Origin: Eledone cirrhosa | Lineage: Eukaryota | DNA length: 64,000 nucleotides | Assembly: GCA_964016885.1 (NCBI GenBank) | Contig: OZ024743.1 | Span: 151,838,001-151,902,000, forward strand | Direction of reading: 5' to 3' | Part shown: piece by piece, positions 1 to 13,680 of the stretch | Layout: every line of letters starts with the position of its first letter | Numbering within the stretch: position 1 is the first letter of the stretch | Translations under genes and position numbers: made by a program | The notes under the pieces: model-generated | Databases searched by the model: none | Told to the model about the DNA's origin: nothing | Seen by the model: the letters and a program-made list of their open reading frames with translations, nothing else

Positions 1-1510
1 TCTTCTCATGTTCTACCATAGATTCAGCTATAAATGCGAAGTCATCTGCATACAGGAGTTCCCATGGGCATCTGGTCTTAAACTCCTCCGTTATTGCCTG
101 CAGGACTATGATGAACAGGAGAGGGCTAAGAACAGAGCCCTGGTGGACACAGACCTGTACGCTAAATTCCTTGCTATACTCATTGCTAATCCTGACTTTG
201 CTGACTGCTCCCCTATACAGGGCTTGTACAGCTTTCACAAGCCATTCATCTACTCCTAGTTTTCTAAGAGCCCACCAGATTATAGCACATTGAAATCTGT
301 CAAAGGCTTTCTCGAGATCAACGAATGCCAGGTAAAGTGGCTTACTTTTAGCTCGGTACTTTTCCTGTAACTGCCTCACAAGGAAGAGGGCATCAGTGGT
401 GCCTCTTCCTGGCACAAACCCAAATTGCATCTCATCTAGTTTCACCCGTTCCCTAATCAACTGTGCTCTTTCTGTTACTTTCATGACCTGGTCCATCAGC
501 TTTATACCTCTATAGTTTCCTCTATCTAGTGCATCACCTTTACCTTTGTGGCAGTTGACATTGATGCTACTGCACCAATCCTTTGGTATGACACCTTCTA
601 GTATTACCTGGTTAACAATACGTGTGGTTATAGTGTGACCTACTGACCCAGATGCCTTCAGCATCTCGGCAGCTATACCTGATGGACCAGTTGCCTTCCC
701 CGTCTTCATATCTTTGATTGCCTTACTTACTACGCTGCTGCTGACTTGTACTGCTGGACCCTCTATAGGGTCTACTTGGGGTAGGGTCTCTTCTTCCCAT
801 GCATTCTCCTCATTTAGTAATCTATCATAATGGCTCTTCCACACATCTTTCTTCTCAGCAGTTGTGAGGGCAAGCTCACCTTTATCATTCCGGATACACT
901 TCTCTCCAATGACATCACAATTCTCTCTGACACACTGCCTCGCAATCTTGAACACCTCCTATTTCTGGTCCTCACATTGCAAAACATGCTTGAATTTTCT
1001 ATCCTCTGCTTCCCTCCTAGCTAAGTATACTTGTCGCCTAGCTTCCCTCCTGGTCTCTATGTAATGTACCCTGCTTCCCCCGTTCTTCCATTCTTTCCAT
1101 GCCTGTCTCTTGGCCTTAACTGCCTCATCTACCTTATTGTTCCACCAGCAAGTCACTCTTCTCCTGCCTGTGGTCTTACTCCAGCCACAGATCTCATCCG
1201 TCGCCCCTCTAGTAAGATATTTTTTAGGAACTCCCAGTGCTCTTCTACATTGAATGTCTCTATCTGTTTTTCTTTACTGTTGTAGGCGTTGAGTAAAATA
1301 TCTTTAAATCTGTTACTGGCTGAGGGGTCTTTCAGCTTCCAGATCTTTCTTCTCCAAGTTGGCCTCTGTTTCCAGGTTCGTCTAGTTCTGACCGTGAGGT
1401 TGCTGACAACTAAGCCATGTTGGGAGGTACATTCCTCACTAGGGAAGGCTTTTGTGTTTACGACCGTCCATCTGTCACGTCCTCTGATGAGGATAAAAAT
1501 CTATCTGACT
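1..1510 (-). mobile_element. RTE-clade LINE fragment (family A): end of endonuclease to RT core, disrupted, cut by window edge
   Basis: Minus-strand translation gives CPWELLYADD, DEMQFGF, KGKGDALDRGNYRGIKL; nearly identical to 51708-52200. Confidence 0.92.
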
Positions 1511-1821
1511 GTATATCATTTTTAAATAATTGTAAAAATAATTAAAACAATGTGGAGGAAATTAGTAACATAACTAATTTCTCATTATTAACTTAGTGTT
1601 TAGGACATGTAACAAAGATTATTACATAAAATTATGATGGACTGTTTTTAGATAAATGCAAACATTTCAAAACAGTTTTTATCACAGAACCAAGGCAGGC
1701 AGTTTCAGACAGTTTGCTATCGAAAGGGTTAAGCCGTTACATTTCAGAGAATTGTGAAGATAAAAGTAGAATAAGATACATAAAAAATTATTAGTATGAA
1801 TGGACATCAGTTTAGATATGT

Positions 1822-1882
1822 TTATATAATGAGATATGTGCTTAGAAGTCCTATAACCTGATGAGACAAGATGCCCCATAAC
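1822..1882 (-). CDS. Putative terminal coding exon of an unidentified multi-pass membrane protein ((R)LWGILSHQVIGLLSTYLII*)
   Basis: Acceptor ttttctttcactggagCAG; phase 2 matches exon 2009-2208; TAA at 1824-1822; 126-bp intron. Confidence 0.65.
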
Positions 1883-2008
1883 CTGCTCCAGTGAAAGAAA
1901 ATTTTGCTATATATTATATTGAACCTTCAGTTACGTATTGTCATTTATTTGTTATATAAAACATTCCTTGTCAAACTATTTATTGTTATTTCTTTGTGAA
2001 GTATTTAC

Positions 2009-2208
2009 CTCATAACATACTGAAAGCACGTAATAAAAATGAGACTATTGAATAATAATAACAATAACAAGCAAATTCCAGCCCAGTGAAAGAGAGTAAA
2101 CTTCCGTTCAAACAAAGGAAATATATAGAATTTTATAGCACAAAGAAAATCCACTGACATTAATGAAGAAACAATGAAAGACCTAAAAATACCAAGCACA
2201 ATTGTCAT
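2009..2208 (-). CDS. Internal coding exon, hydrophobic (MTIVLGIFRSFIV...FITCFQYVM)
   Basis: Acceptor tttttatattgctttCAG, donor GAG|GTAAAT; 200 nt open; 2-3 TM-like segments. Confidence 0.75.
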
Positions 2209-2244
2209 CTGAAAGCAATATAAAAAAAAACAAAAAAATCAATT

Positions 2245-2386
2245 ATATATATATCTGTGTACCTGTGTATGTATATATAAATATATGTATGCATATATAA
2301 ATATATGTATGCATGTATAAATATATGTATGCATATATATATATATTTATATATGCATGTATATATTTACATATATTTATATATAT
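2245..2386. repeat. AT-rich compound microsatellite
   Basis: ATATATGTATGC-like repeats. Confidence 0.8.
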
Positions 2387-3485
2387 TCTGTTTTGAAAGA
2401 CTAAATTTTCTTAACATAAAAACTAGGAAGATACGGGGGCAATATAAATACAATAGAAAAAGTGATGATAAACATACACCAGGGCACCAACAAAGATAAC
2501 ACTATTTAACTTTAAGTCACAGGTGAGGGTTTATTTTGCAGAAAAACCTTTTTGTTACCATATTTCTAATGAAATACATTGTATTGGAATTAATTAATAA
2601 ACAATTTAGAGGTATTTACTAGAATTAAAATTATTTCATTATTAAGATGTATTTATAACACAACATAACAAATGGCCTTTATATAAAATTATATTGTAAG
2701 ATTTGAATTTTAATAGAACTTTTTGAAATGAGTGGTTTTCTTTTTTAGAACCAGGGGCTAGTTTAGGCAGGTTAGCATTAAAAGAGTTGTTGATTACAAT
2801 TTTCTGGAATCAATTGTTACTATAACATTGAATTTAGTATAAAGTTACTGTTTAGCCCATGGTCAGCCCTGACTAGGTAAAACTATGATCAAAGGAATTC
2901 CAGCTGTCACTATCATTATTTTCATATATCTAGGGCTGCATTGTATTACGTAGACTTCCATTCTTAAGGTAAGAGTGTATGATTTGAAGAAAATTTGGTT
3001 ACTATTTCTAGCAGATTGAGTAACTATACCTCACTGACTCATATGATACTACATGCCAGATGTGATACTAGTTTGTTTTGTATAATGTGCTGATTTGAAT
3101 TGGTTATCTACAAGAGGTAGTAAATCACAAGGATTGTAATACGAGAAAAATCAGTGTATCTATATAAAATTATCTTCAAACCATTATTGATGATGGTTAA
3201 TCAGAAGGGGGTCTTTAACTACATCAGTTTCAAATTACTGCTAGTTCAAACACATGTAGTATTTAAAACAAATAACATGCAATATTTACTAAGATATTTC
3301 AGTAAGCAGCAATGACTGAGAAGTAAAGAAGTTTGCTTCACAAGCACAACCCACAGCATGGCACTACGGAGGAGATTTTCGTTGCATAGCTTCCAGTCAA
3401 CCCAAGCCTTGTGAGTAAAATTGGAAAGATAGAAACCATGTGGCAGTCCATTAGATAGACAGTACCTATCATTCAAAGAACTGAC

Positions 3486-3606
3486 CTTCTCAGTTTCGGA
3501 ATAATGCTGATTCTGCTTGAAAAATACATTAAGAATAAAGTGCTTATGCAATATGCAGCCCCTTTCACAGTAATACACTGAAAAGGTAATATAACTCATC
3601 AAACAT
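3486..3606 (-). CDS. Internal coding exon (CLMSYITFSVYYCERGCILHKHF...SETEK)
   Basis: Acceptor tcttcatttgtttcCAG, donor AAG|GTCAGT; 121 nt ending in phase 0, compatible with exon starting at 2208. Confidence 0.7.
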
Positions 3607-3702
3607 CTGGAAACAAATGAAGATCCATTTACTAAATACTTTATTTAAGAAACTATATCCTTCCATTAACATTATATTCAGTTTAAAATAAATATGTAAC
3701 TT

Positions 3703-3982
3703 CAGTCCACACTAAAGTGGTCATGTAGGTGTCACAACAAAAAGCACCCAGTCCACGCTGTAAAGTGGTCATGTAGGAGACATGGTAAAAAAGCTCCCAG
3801 TTCACACTTTAAATGTGGTTGGTGTTAGGAAGGGCATCCAACCATAGAAAATCTGCCAGATACAGTCCTATACGAGCGAGACACGGTCACCCAACCAATC
3901 TTGCCTCATGTGGGCCAATTCCCATCTAACACATGCTAGCATAGAAGATAGACGTTAAAGGATAATGATGATGATGATGATG
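3703..3982 (+). mobile_element. RTE-related SINE/3'-UTR module with (GAT)n tail
   Basis: Tandem cactgtaaagtgg..aaaaagcacc units, GGTGTTAGGAAGGGCATCC motif, gacgttaaa..(gat)n. Confidence 0.8.
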
Positions 3983-4730
3983 TAAAGTATAAAATATTTA
4001 AGGCAGAATATAGAATACAGAGTATGGCTTCAAATATTATTTCTTAACATTTGTATATCAAACCACATGAAACTGCTCCCAGTTTTATGATACAAAGTTG
4101 TTTATATTCATCTCAAAACCTAATTATATGTAAGAACCTTTGTTGAGTTATGTTCCAAACACCAGCTTAATAAAGAAGAAGTGAGATATATTACTAAATC
4201 TCTCCAAATGTTTTATTACTAAAAGTATTTCAAAATCAATAACAATGTCTTTCATTAGAAATATTGCAACTTAAAGGTTAATAGAAATTATTCTTATCAA
4301 TTTTGTAAAATTATTTCTCTGGCTGTCTCAGAATTGGGAAAGTTATATATTACTACTTATACAAATACCATCAACACTTACAACACAAGAGGCAAGTTCC
4401 TGATATCACATAGTGAATACCAAAGTTATATTATTAGTAGCAGATTAATATCTTATCTCACTTAAAGAAATAAAAGAAAAGAAAAGTTTTTACTTCCTTT
4501 TTTATGAAAAACATTTTAACATTTTGTTGATCTTTAAAAAATACCTGATAACGAGGTAAATAGTGATCAATTCTATTGATTTTAGTGAATTAGATAAGTT
4601 TGGGGCATGATTAATAGTTAAAAACTTGTCAAAATAAATGTTTTATAATTATTAAGTATCAGCAACATTTTTATGTCTACTTTTCCTTGCTTGTATGAAT
4701 TGGAGTGAAACTCTTTGAGGTAGGTTTTTT

Positions 4731-5043
4731 TCATCATCATCATCATCACCGTTTTACGTCCGTTCTTCCACGCTAGCATGGGTTAGATGGGTTGTCCTGT
4801 TGTGGGCAGTGTCTGGTCGGCTGACCATGCCTTGCTCATACAGGAACTGATTTGGCTTGATTTCTACATCTGGATGCCCTTCCTAACACCAACCTCATTT
4901 ACAGTGAGTGGTGGGTGCTTTTTCGTGGCGCCTACACATCCACTTTACAGTGTGGGCTGGGTGCTTTTTTGCCATGGCACCTCCACGACCACCTTGCGGT
5001 GGGGGGGGGGGGGGGGCATATTGTCTATATGCTTCAGCTTGTA
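4731..5043 (-). mobile_element. RTE family A 3' UTR/SINE module
   Basis: Reverse complement closely matches 41145-41450. Confidence 0.85.
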
Positions 5044-6093
5044 CTTTTTATGGTTCGATACTCTTCCATCCCTTATTTTCTAAGTATGGTAAGTACTGAA
5101 AATATCCAGGTAGAGTTGCTACTTCTCTGAATTGAGAGATCACAGCTCTGATACTACGGGCGTCTGGTTAAAATATCTTGGGAAAGAATCGTTTGACAGG
5201 TTTTATGGGTAAAACCAACTGGCAGGAGACCCAGGAGTCAACTCTGAGGAAGATGTTTGGATAGTGTTCCTCCATCTATAACTAGCTAGTTAAAAAAGCA
5301 AAGTATTGTAAATGCTCTGTAGCTGGATTCATTTAGGCTTTGCAGAAATCCAACAGTTACTAACAGCAAAAGAAATCCTTTGATTTGATCAGCCACTGAT
5401 ACATCACATTGCTGTTATTTTGGCAATACTTAAGATTATCATGTTTCCATGATATTGCTGAAGGTGACTGGATAAAGCATCAATAGGCTATAGAAAAAAC
5501 AGTGAAAATGAATAAGCAACACTGGTGAGGTTTTAGCATGTGGGATAAAGAAGGTGACCTGACACAAATAGAATTGGACTGATGCCATTTTGGAAGGTTC
5601 AGATATGTTTTCAAAAGTAATCTGCATAATAGTGACAAATATATGACGAATTACTATCTAATTTGAATAAACATAATTTTAAAGAAATAACAGAAACTAA
5701 AGTAGGATTTTGATTTTGGGGTAAAAAGTGAAATCTCCAAAGATTACCTTGGGATGGGAAAATTTCAGTTTATATTTCAGTACAGAAGAAGACAAATTGG
5801 TTTATGAACATTAAAGAGAAAAATTCTCAGACATCATAACTGAATGTTTGTGATTTTCTGTCTAGATAGCTTAGAAATGAAATAATCATGATGCAGGTTC
5901 TACTATATACTCTTACTTTGGTGTGAATCATATAACCTGAGTAACTTAGGGAGTGGTAGAGATAGGAGGTATTTCTATTAGACAAAATTGTTTTGAAACG
6001 ACATAGATCAGTACCTTGGGCAATTCTCTTCTACAGTAGACTCAAGTTGATGCCTTATGAGTAGAATTTTGTTTATGGAAACTATGCAGAAAC

Positions 6094-6098
<5 letters not shown>

Positions 6099-6149
<51 letters not shown>
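6099..6149. repeat. (TA)n microsatellite
   Basis: Direct. Confidence 0.95.
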
Positions 6150-6152
<3 letters not shown>

Positions 6153-6199
6153 CAGTGAACTTCAAACAAGAAATATGTTTATCAGATTAGTGCAGCTGA

Positions 6200-6780
6200 G
6201 AAGTTTTGACATTACAACAAGCTAAGAATTGAGTTTTCAGGTGATATCTCTCCAGATTTAACAAAATATAAGAAATTTAGAAGCTGACATCTTCCTAAAT
6301 ACATCTGTAATCCAGCTAGATCTACTGCATCTAAAATACTGGCTCTACTTCTCAGAGCTAGAAAATATTTCATCCTCTAACAGTATTTGATTCCTTTCAA
6401 CGCTCAGGTGAAGCTTCAAAAAACCTCTGGGATGGTACTGCTGTTGCATTCATATCCAGAGAAATCACTTGACTAATTGACAGAAAGTCTCTTAAAGACA
6501 GGCGACAGCCATTAGCTCACAGACAGATATGCTGTCACCTTCCTTTCTCTTTTCTACTACTGCTGCAATAGCTTCTGCTCCATAGAGCTAGCTGGTTTCC
6601 TGCCATCTCTATTGAACACTCCTGAGTTACCCAACTAGCCTCTTATCATCACCTATGTTGTGCCCAACTGCCTATGCCTTGTACTAACCACTATGTCCTC
6701 TCCTTCCTACAAACAACATTAAACATACAGAATTCCTCAATGTTCATGTCTTTCCTTTAGGTATTGACTTGCAACTGTTT
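6200..6780 (+). mobile_element. Highly degraded CR1/Jockey-like LINE 3' fragment
   Basis: Remnant peptides LLRARKYF, AQV, WDG, QPLAHR typical of the post-RT region. Confidence 0.5.
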
Positions 6781-6974
6781 AAGCAAAACATCAACAGAAT
6801 CAATCTCACAACCAGTAAAAGTTAGATTGATTCTGTTTTTGTTTTAAAGATGGTATGGTGTGAAATGATGGAAATTTGATAGTACTTCTAAAACGTTGAG
6901 CAATTACAAAAAGATTCTTTAAAATCAAGGCTCTATTTGTAAGCACACACACACATATATACAGTTGTATCTAT

Positions 6975-7362
6975 AATAATGAAATTATTGTGTAAAGTGC
7001 TCAGGTGCACTACAACTTGTCAAAGGTGCATGTATAGTACATAGAATAATATACAAATGTCAGGGAAGTGAATAGTGTATGAATCATGATACACATATGT
7101 GTATGTGTATGGAGGAGGAATATTAGATGTGGTGTTGGCAAATCTCAGGAAGCATGGAGGTTTTAAAGGATGCAGTGTTGCAACAGCTAACAACTGATGC
7201 AGATAGTTTGTTCCATGCTTCAGCAACTCTGAGCATGAAAAAATGTTACCAAAAGTCATGGGAACTGTGCTGTTTTCTGACTTTGTGGGCATGCCCACGT
7301 GTGTTAGACACATGGAAATCAAAAAGGTACTCAGGGTTGTTGTTGGCAAGATGGTTAATAAT
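6975..7362 (-). mobile_element. CR1-like LINE 3' end
   Basis: Matches 48990-49385; terminal gttgtagtgcacctgagcact..(att)n. Confidence 0.8.
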
Positions 7363-8265
7363 TTTATCTGTCTGTCTATCTCTTTGTCCATTTGTCCATC
7401 CATCCATTCATCTATCCATACATACTTACATACATAATTCTCTACATCATCATCATTGTTTTGCATCTGCTTTCCATAGTATTATGGCTTGCATAGGTTG
7501 TCATGCTGTGAGACAAGTTTGATTGGAAAAAATGTCTTGTTCATACGTACTTTGGCATGTTTATAAGGCTGGAGCACATCCAGCCTTATAAACCATGCCA
7601 CATTATAACCACTTTACATAGAGTAATAGGTGTATGTTATTGTAGCACCAGAACTAAGAAGTTTGCCATATATTTGGCACAACTGAAGAGTCTTCTCTAC
7701 CCTATATTGTCTTTGTTCAATATTGTGTACTGGGTGCAGAGTGTACAGGGTATGGCATCAGCATTAGAGAGATTGTCAGGCCCTTAACTGAGCCAAAGAG
7801 CCCTCTCTATTCTATGTTGTCTTGTTTTTTTCATCACTTTACAGGAAGCAGTGAGGGCATTCCAATACATTTTCTTATAGCATTGCAGTGCTTGTACTGG
7901 TAGGCAGGTCTTCTAGGAGGGCAAATTGCCAATCAATATGATCCCAAGTACATCCATTGATTTAACAACTGGAAACTTCATCATTGAAATAGAAGTAAAT
8001 CCATTAGCTTAATGCTTCAACTGAGAATCTGAATTATGCCATTAGTATAGATAAAGATACTAGATTATATATAGACACACATAGCTCATGTACCTAGATA
8101 TATATATATTCTAGTTTAAGAATAATGAGCAAGTGACATCACAAGTAAATCATGAGGATATCCAAGGCAGTGGTATTGGATATGAGCAATCTACCCCCAT
8201 GGTTTAAATAAAGGGCTTATTTTGAAATTCTGAATACATTACTGAGTATGACAGGTACCTGAAAC

Positions 8266-8465
8266 AAAGATTTACAAACACTTGCTGATCTATGCTTATT
8301 GATTATTGTACACTGATTTATTCAGACTTGTATAGATTGGTATAGTCACAACATTTCAGCTGTTGTTCTGTCTTGATTGTTGTGACTATACCAATCTATA
8401 CAAGTCTGAATAAATCAGTGTGCAATAATCAATAGACATAGATCAGCAAGTGTTTGTAAATCTTT
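8266..8465. repeat. Palindrome with 88-bp arms and 24-nt spacer
   Basis: 8266-8353 is the near-perfect reverse complement of 8378-8465. Confidence 0.95.
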
Positions 8466-9189
8466 AACCAAAGCTATGGCATATATTTCTTTGATAATAG
8501 AGTTAGTTTTCAGGGAAAATATTTTATGAAAATTGGAAAAGTTAAAAGACCTCAAGAGATTTGTCTTATTGTATTAGTTGAATGTACTCAGTCAATCACA
8601 GTGAAAACATTTTTCATTTTAATAAAATGAAAGCGAAGTATGTGGCATGTCATATATATATATTTACACACACGCACACACACATATATATATATAGATA
8701 GATACATACAGACAGACAGACATGTATACAATCTCATTGCCTTAGACACTGGAAACACTGCAATAGATATTTTTTCAATCATATACACTTAGAACACTGG
8801 TAGTAACCATTAACTTAATGCTTACTCTATTATATATCAGTCTGATAGTAAATTCTTAGAAAATTAAGTCTATGTCACTAATGCCTTAAGGAAAGGAATA
8901 AAAATGGCAGTTTCTTATTACCTATAAAATTGCCTATGCTAATAAATCATTGCTATTATCATTATTATTACTATTTAGTGACATTGGTTCACATTCTAAA
9001 TTAAATATCACCAGGGGCGACTTTGACTTTAATCTTTTCAATGTTCATAAAATAAGTACCAGTCAAGTACTAGGGTCAATTAAATTACCTCCATTGCTTC
9101 CTCTATCTTCAAAATCTGCTGGAAGGAAGGTTATTTAATTTTTGGAACAATAGACATAATTGTGTGTATAAACAAGAATCTAATGATTA

Positions 9190-9400
9190 ATAATTTAGGC
9201 ATAAAGCCAAGAATTTGAGAGGAGGGGTTATCTTGTTTTAATCAACCCCAATACTTGACTGGTACTTTATCTTATCAGCCACTTAAGGATGAAAATTAAA
9301 GTTGACTGTGGTGGGACTTTAACTCAGAACATAAAGCACCACTATTAATGCCAAAAAGGCATTCTGTCCGATGCTGAAATGATTCTGTCAATCTACTGCC
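9190..9400 (-). mobile_element. tRNA-derived SINE (family with ctttcatcct..aataagtaccag); related pieces near 9000-9120, 26500-26620, 32450-32620, 47480-47605, 55140-55250
   Basis: Shared motif with the more complete copy at 53948-54140. Confidence 0.65.
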
Positions 9401-10614
9401 TATAGACAACAGTGCAAAATTAATGTTTACCTCGTTCATGACTCTATCATCATCATCTGATGCTTGTTTTCTCTTCTAGCAAATGTTGGATATGTGTCAT
9501 CACAGACCAGTGCGTACTTAAACAGAACCTTTCAATTCAAAATACACTGTCTGTGTGTTTCAATAAATATTTTTTTTTAATAATGAAGAAATTGAATTTA
9601 GTGAAATAACTAAGTATTTCATTAAGTTATTTGGAATATAACTTAAGAAAAGATTCTTACAATGAAATTATAATGGAAGATTTTAGCATAAATCTGAACA
9701 ACATAAAATAAAACTGTTTTGTATCATAAAACCATGGCGTTTATAGATAGGATTTTACAAAACCAGTTAATAACCAGTGGTATGTATCTTCAATTCCCTG
9801 TTTCATTTGTCTCTTGACATGCCCATTTCTGAGAAAAGGAGAGTTTGTTAGAAAGGAGAGAGAGAAAGCAAGTGTTGTGCTTTACTGGCACATTACTTAA
9901 CAGGTCACAAATGGATAAAAGGCAAAGATGGCCTGAGAATGATTTCAATTAGGAACATAGAGAGCTGCAACACATACGGCAAAGCATTCTCTATTGTATT
10001 CTTTAATGACTACCAATTTTCCACCTCATCTTATCACTAAATGCATTCATCAATTTAGAAACAAAGGTCCTGATACTTTGTATATAGCCATGAATAAGAC
10101 ACATGATAATGATTGGAGATCAAACTGTGTGAAATGTAATGTAAGTGTTAATATTGAAACATCTTTCATCTCTAAAGGTAATAATTAATCTTAGAAATCC
10201 TTTTTCTCAGAGTACAACTAAAAATATACTTTCTCTTTTGATGTTTTGATGTCATTTCTAAAGATAGTATAGTATTATCTTCAATCTACTCACATATATA
10301 CATTAACAACCAAATTTCTGACAAATCATTCTCAGCAACATTCGGAAAGTAGAAGATACACCCCTCCAAAAATCTAAAACAGTCCTGGCAGCAATATTTT
10401 TAATCACAGATCTGATCAGTTAGGGCTGACCTGGGGTTAAACAACAGCAACAACAAATATATAATCTTAAAACATCACTCTGACAATTCTATACTGACAG
10501 AAGAGTTCTTTAGACAATTTGAAATCAGATTTTAAAAGGTTTTATGAAAAGTTATTTAATATTTCTCCAATAAAACTCAAATTTAGAAAAATAATGACCA
10601 CTGTGTGAGGAAAT

Positions 10615-10817
10615 GCCAGTAAATCCCAGTGAAAAGAAGCCACAGTAGAGGAAGACCAAGAAAGACCTAGGAAGAGTTTGTGAGAGCTAATCTCAAATCA
10701 TGAAGACTCACGGAGGATATGATGCAGGAAAACAATGAGTAGAGAGATTGCTATACTGAGAAGGACATGTCCAACCCATGGAAGCATGGAAAAATGAATG
10801 TAAAAATGATGATGATA
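10615..10817 (+). mobile_element. Degraded RTE 3' end
   Basis: RGRPRKT motif, catggaaaa..(gat)n tail. Confidence 0.7.
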
Positions 10818-11315
10818 TTTGTTCCAAAATAGCATAAACCCAGACAATTAATATTTTCATTATAAATTTCATTAGAAATTATCATTAATTTTCATTAAAG
10901 TAGAACTGATGGCAAATCTAGTCTAATTCACTTGTCTTATATGTTGTTGACATTATTACATAATATACACATAATGACGTCTATTGTCCACAATAATTAC
11001 TAATTATTCACTAATTTCACATATTTACCACCAAGACTCATATATGCATGTGTGTGTGAGTGTGTGCATGCGTGCACATTAGTGAAGTAAGTAAAGTAAA
11101 AATCCAGTGCTCTTTGAATGAAGTTCCCTGTTGATATTTGTTCTGCAGCGAGTTACACAGACAATCCTTTGTTACTCTTGTCAAAAACTCTATGAAGTAC
11201 TGATTGGCTTGTTGGATAACTGCAACCAACAATATTGTTCATAAATTGTGATATTAAGTAAAAATAAATAAGGGGAACTAATATCTACTGCTTAGCATGT
11301 GCTTCTTTTTATATA

Positions 11316-11514
11316 CAGTGGCACTTAAACATTTTGAAAATAAAATTATAAACTTTCAATGTATTTTGACTCCAGAAAATAGTCTAATAACATGTTTTAT
11401 AAATCTCCATAATGGGAAAAATGAGTATCAGCATGTGTGGAAATTGGTGCCCATTTTCTGTAGTCAAAATATGGTGAAAGCTTATAATTTCATTTTCGAA
11501 ATTTTCAATCACTG
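11316..11514. repeat. Degenerate inverted-repeat element
   Basis: About 60-bp imperfect arms; right arm resembles the tail at 40235-40269. Confidence 0.6.
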
Positions 11515-13680
11515 ATGAATTCTAAAACAACAAATGTGCTGATATATTGCCATCTACTCATAGTTTCTTATTTTAATAGATTTAAATGAGGTAGACAAGT
11601 TGGTGTAATTATTAGACTATTTTCTGTACTCAAATTATGGCAAATGCTTACAATTCTATTCTCGAAATTTATTGCTTAGGTGAATTGTATAGAGAATTGT
11701 AAATGAGAATGCTAAAAATAATGGCATAAACCAAATACTTGTTTTGTTGTCATATACTGGGTGATTAGCTTAACTTATAACATTGAAGGAAAAACACTGA
11801 TACTATTAGCATAGAAAATATTTAATAAGAATGTTTACAAGAAAAACTGACTGAAAATCGAAGTTGATAGTTTGTAAATCCATTCTAAAAATAACAAGTT
11901 TATTAATTTCATAATAGGCTTTTGAAAGTCTGATATATCAAGCACAGATAATATGAGATTTCAATTGGCTGGTATAGAAGCTTTTCAAATTAAAAAATAT
12001 CAGTTATGTGTATCAAAAAGTGGGACACTTGAATATCTAACACAGCTATGACTGCTAGCTTATTTTCAGCAGATCAGAAAATATATTATTAAATAAAAAT
12101 TCTTGGAAGTTCAAAACAATTATAAAATCTCATTCAACCACACACCACAAAATGTGATGATAAATTACAATGAAAATATTTTAAGATGATGAGGATTGTA
12201 AAAGAAAGAAAAATTTTCCTAGGGATAAGAATTAATGAAATTTGAAGTGTAAATCAAATAGTTTAAGAAAAAATAAAATCTCATCTTGCAAAATCCCTCC
12301 CCCCAATCAGAACTAGTTTTCTTTTGAGAAACGATTTTTGTATATCACAAATTGAAATTCAAAACATGAAGCAAGAGAAATAAGGAAATGTTTGTTCCCA
12401 TTACAAATTACACATAAAACATGTCTAAAATGAAAACAAATTTTGGTATCTCTATGTTGTCACTTCACCTACTAGAAATTACAGCCAGATTCCCCTTAAT
12501 GTACTCTAACACAAAAGAAATAACCCTAGATAACTGAGACTATATTGGATAAGGTAGTATTTGGTAGATGATATTTGTAAACGAAAATGGGGTAGTCATG
12601 GTTGAAAGGCTTTTGATTATAGGTGTACTTAACCAGGGCCAACATGAAACTAAATTACAGCATGTATGAAAAAATCCTCAAGTTTATTTCAAATGAAAAT
12701 AGTAGTTCTTATGTATATGCTAATGAATGTAGCATATAAGGAGTGGGTGCCAATGTTTTGTTATTGTCTCATTATATCAGGTTAAGAACCGGTACCAACT
12801 CCAACTTTCAGTTCAATCCATAAAAATAGTATAACAAATGAAAAGGCATTCAGCTATCAAAATGTGTTTACAAAATATGCAAAGATAAGACATTGAAGTA
12901 ATTGTAGTAGTGAGAAAATCAACAGATATACAAAAGAAAATTTAACGAATAAATAGACTCAATCAAATTGATAAATTGCAGAAGCCCACAACAAAGATAG
13001 TGTCTAACAACTTGTAATTACTTCCATACTATTCTTAAAAAATCATAATGATTCAAATATATAGTAGAAATGTGATATTAGGTGCTCAAATCTCCAACAA
13101 ATGTCCTATTTACAATATTCATAATGGAAGGGCACATTTTATAACTGGAGATACAGAGAAAAAACACAAAAAAACAGGATGAATAAATCTTGAATATGTT
13201 TGATTAATGGTTTAGTTCAAAGGTTCTCAATGGGGGGCATATGCACCCCCAGAGGGACGTTTCGGAACTCCAGGGGCGTTTGGGAGCAAGGGGGCGTTAG
13301 GAGGGCATTTGGAGCTTTGAGAGGCACTGAAAGGCTCTTTACTTTTGTAAGTTTTATAAGCCATATTTGTATGTCTTTGAGACAGCCAGTGTGAATGCAT
13401 TTGAATGAGCATGCAGACAGCATAACTATGGTCTGGCCACAGCTGTGAGCAGGTGTGCAGGCATGTCTAGACATTAACCGGCAATTGAGATCCTAACAAT
13501 GGAAAAAAGGACACTTCGAGTGTAACCAGTTAGGATCTTGGCTTTCCTTCACCGATAACAATGTATTTCATGTCTGAAATTATTGACTCAATCGTAACGA
13601 GTTAACACTATGTAGATCTATTTTATTCCCTATTGTATAAATGATATTACAAAGAAAAAAGAAAAAAACTCAGAAGCGGG

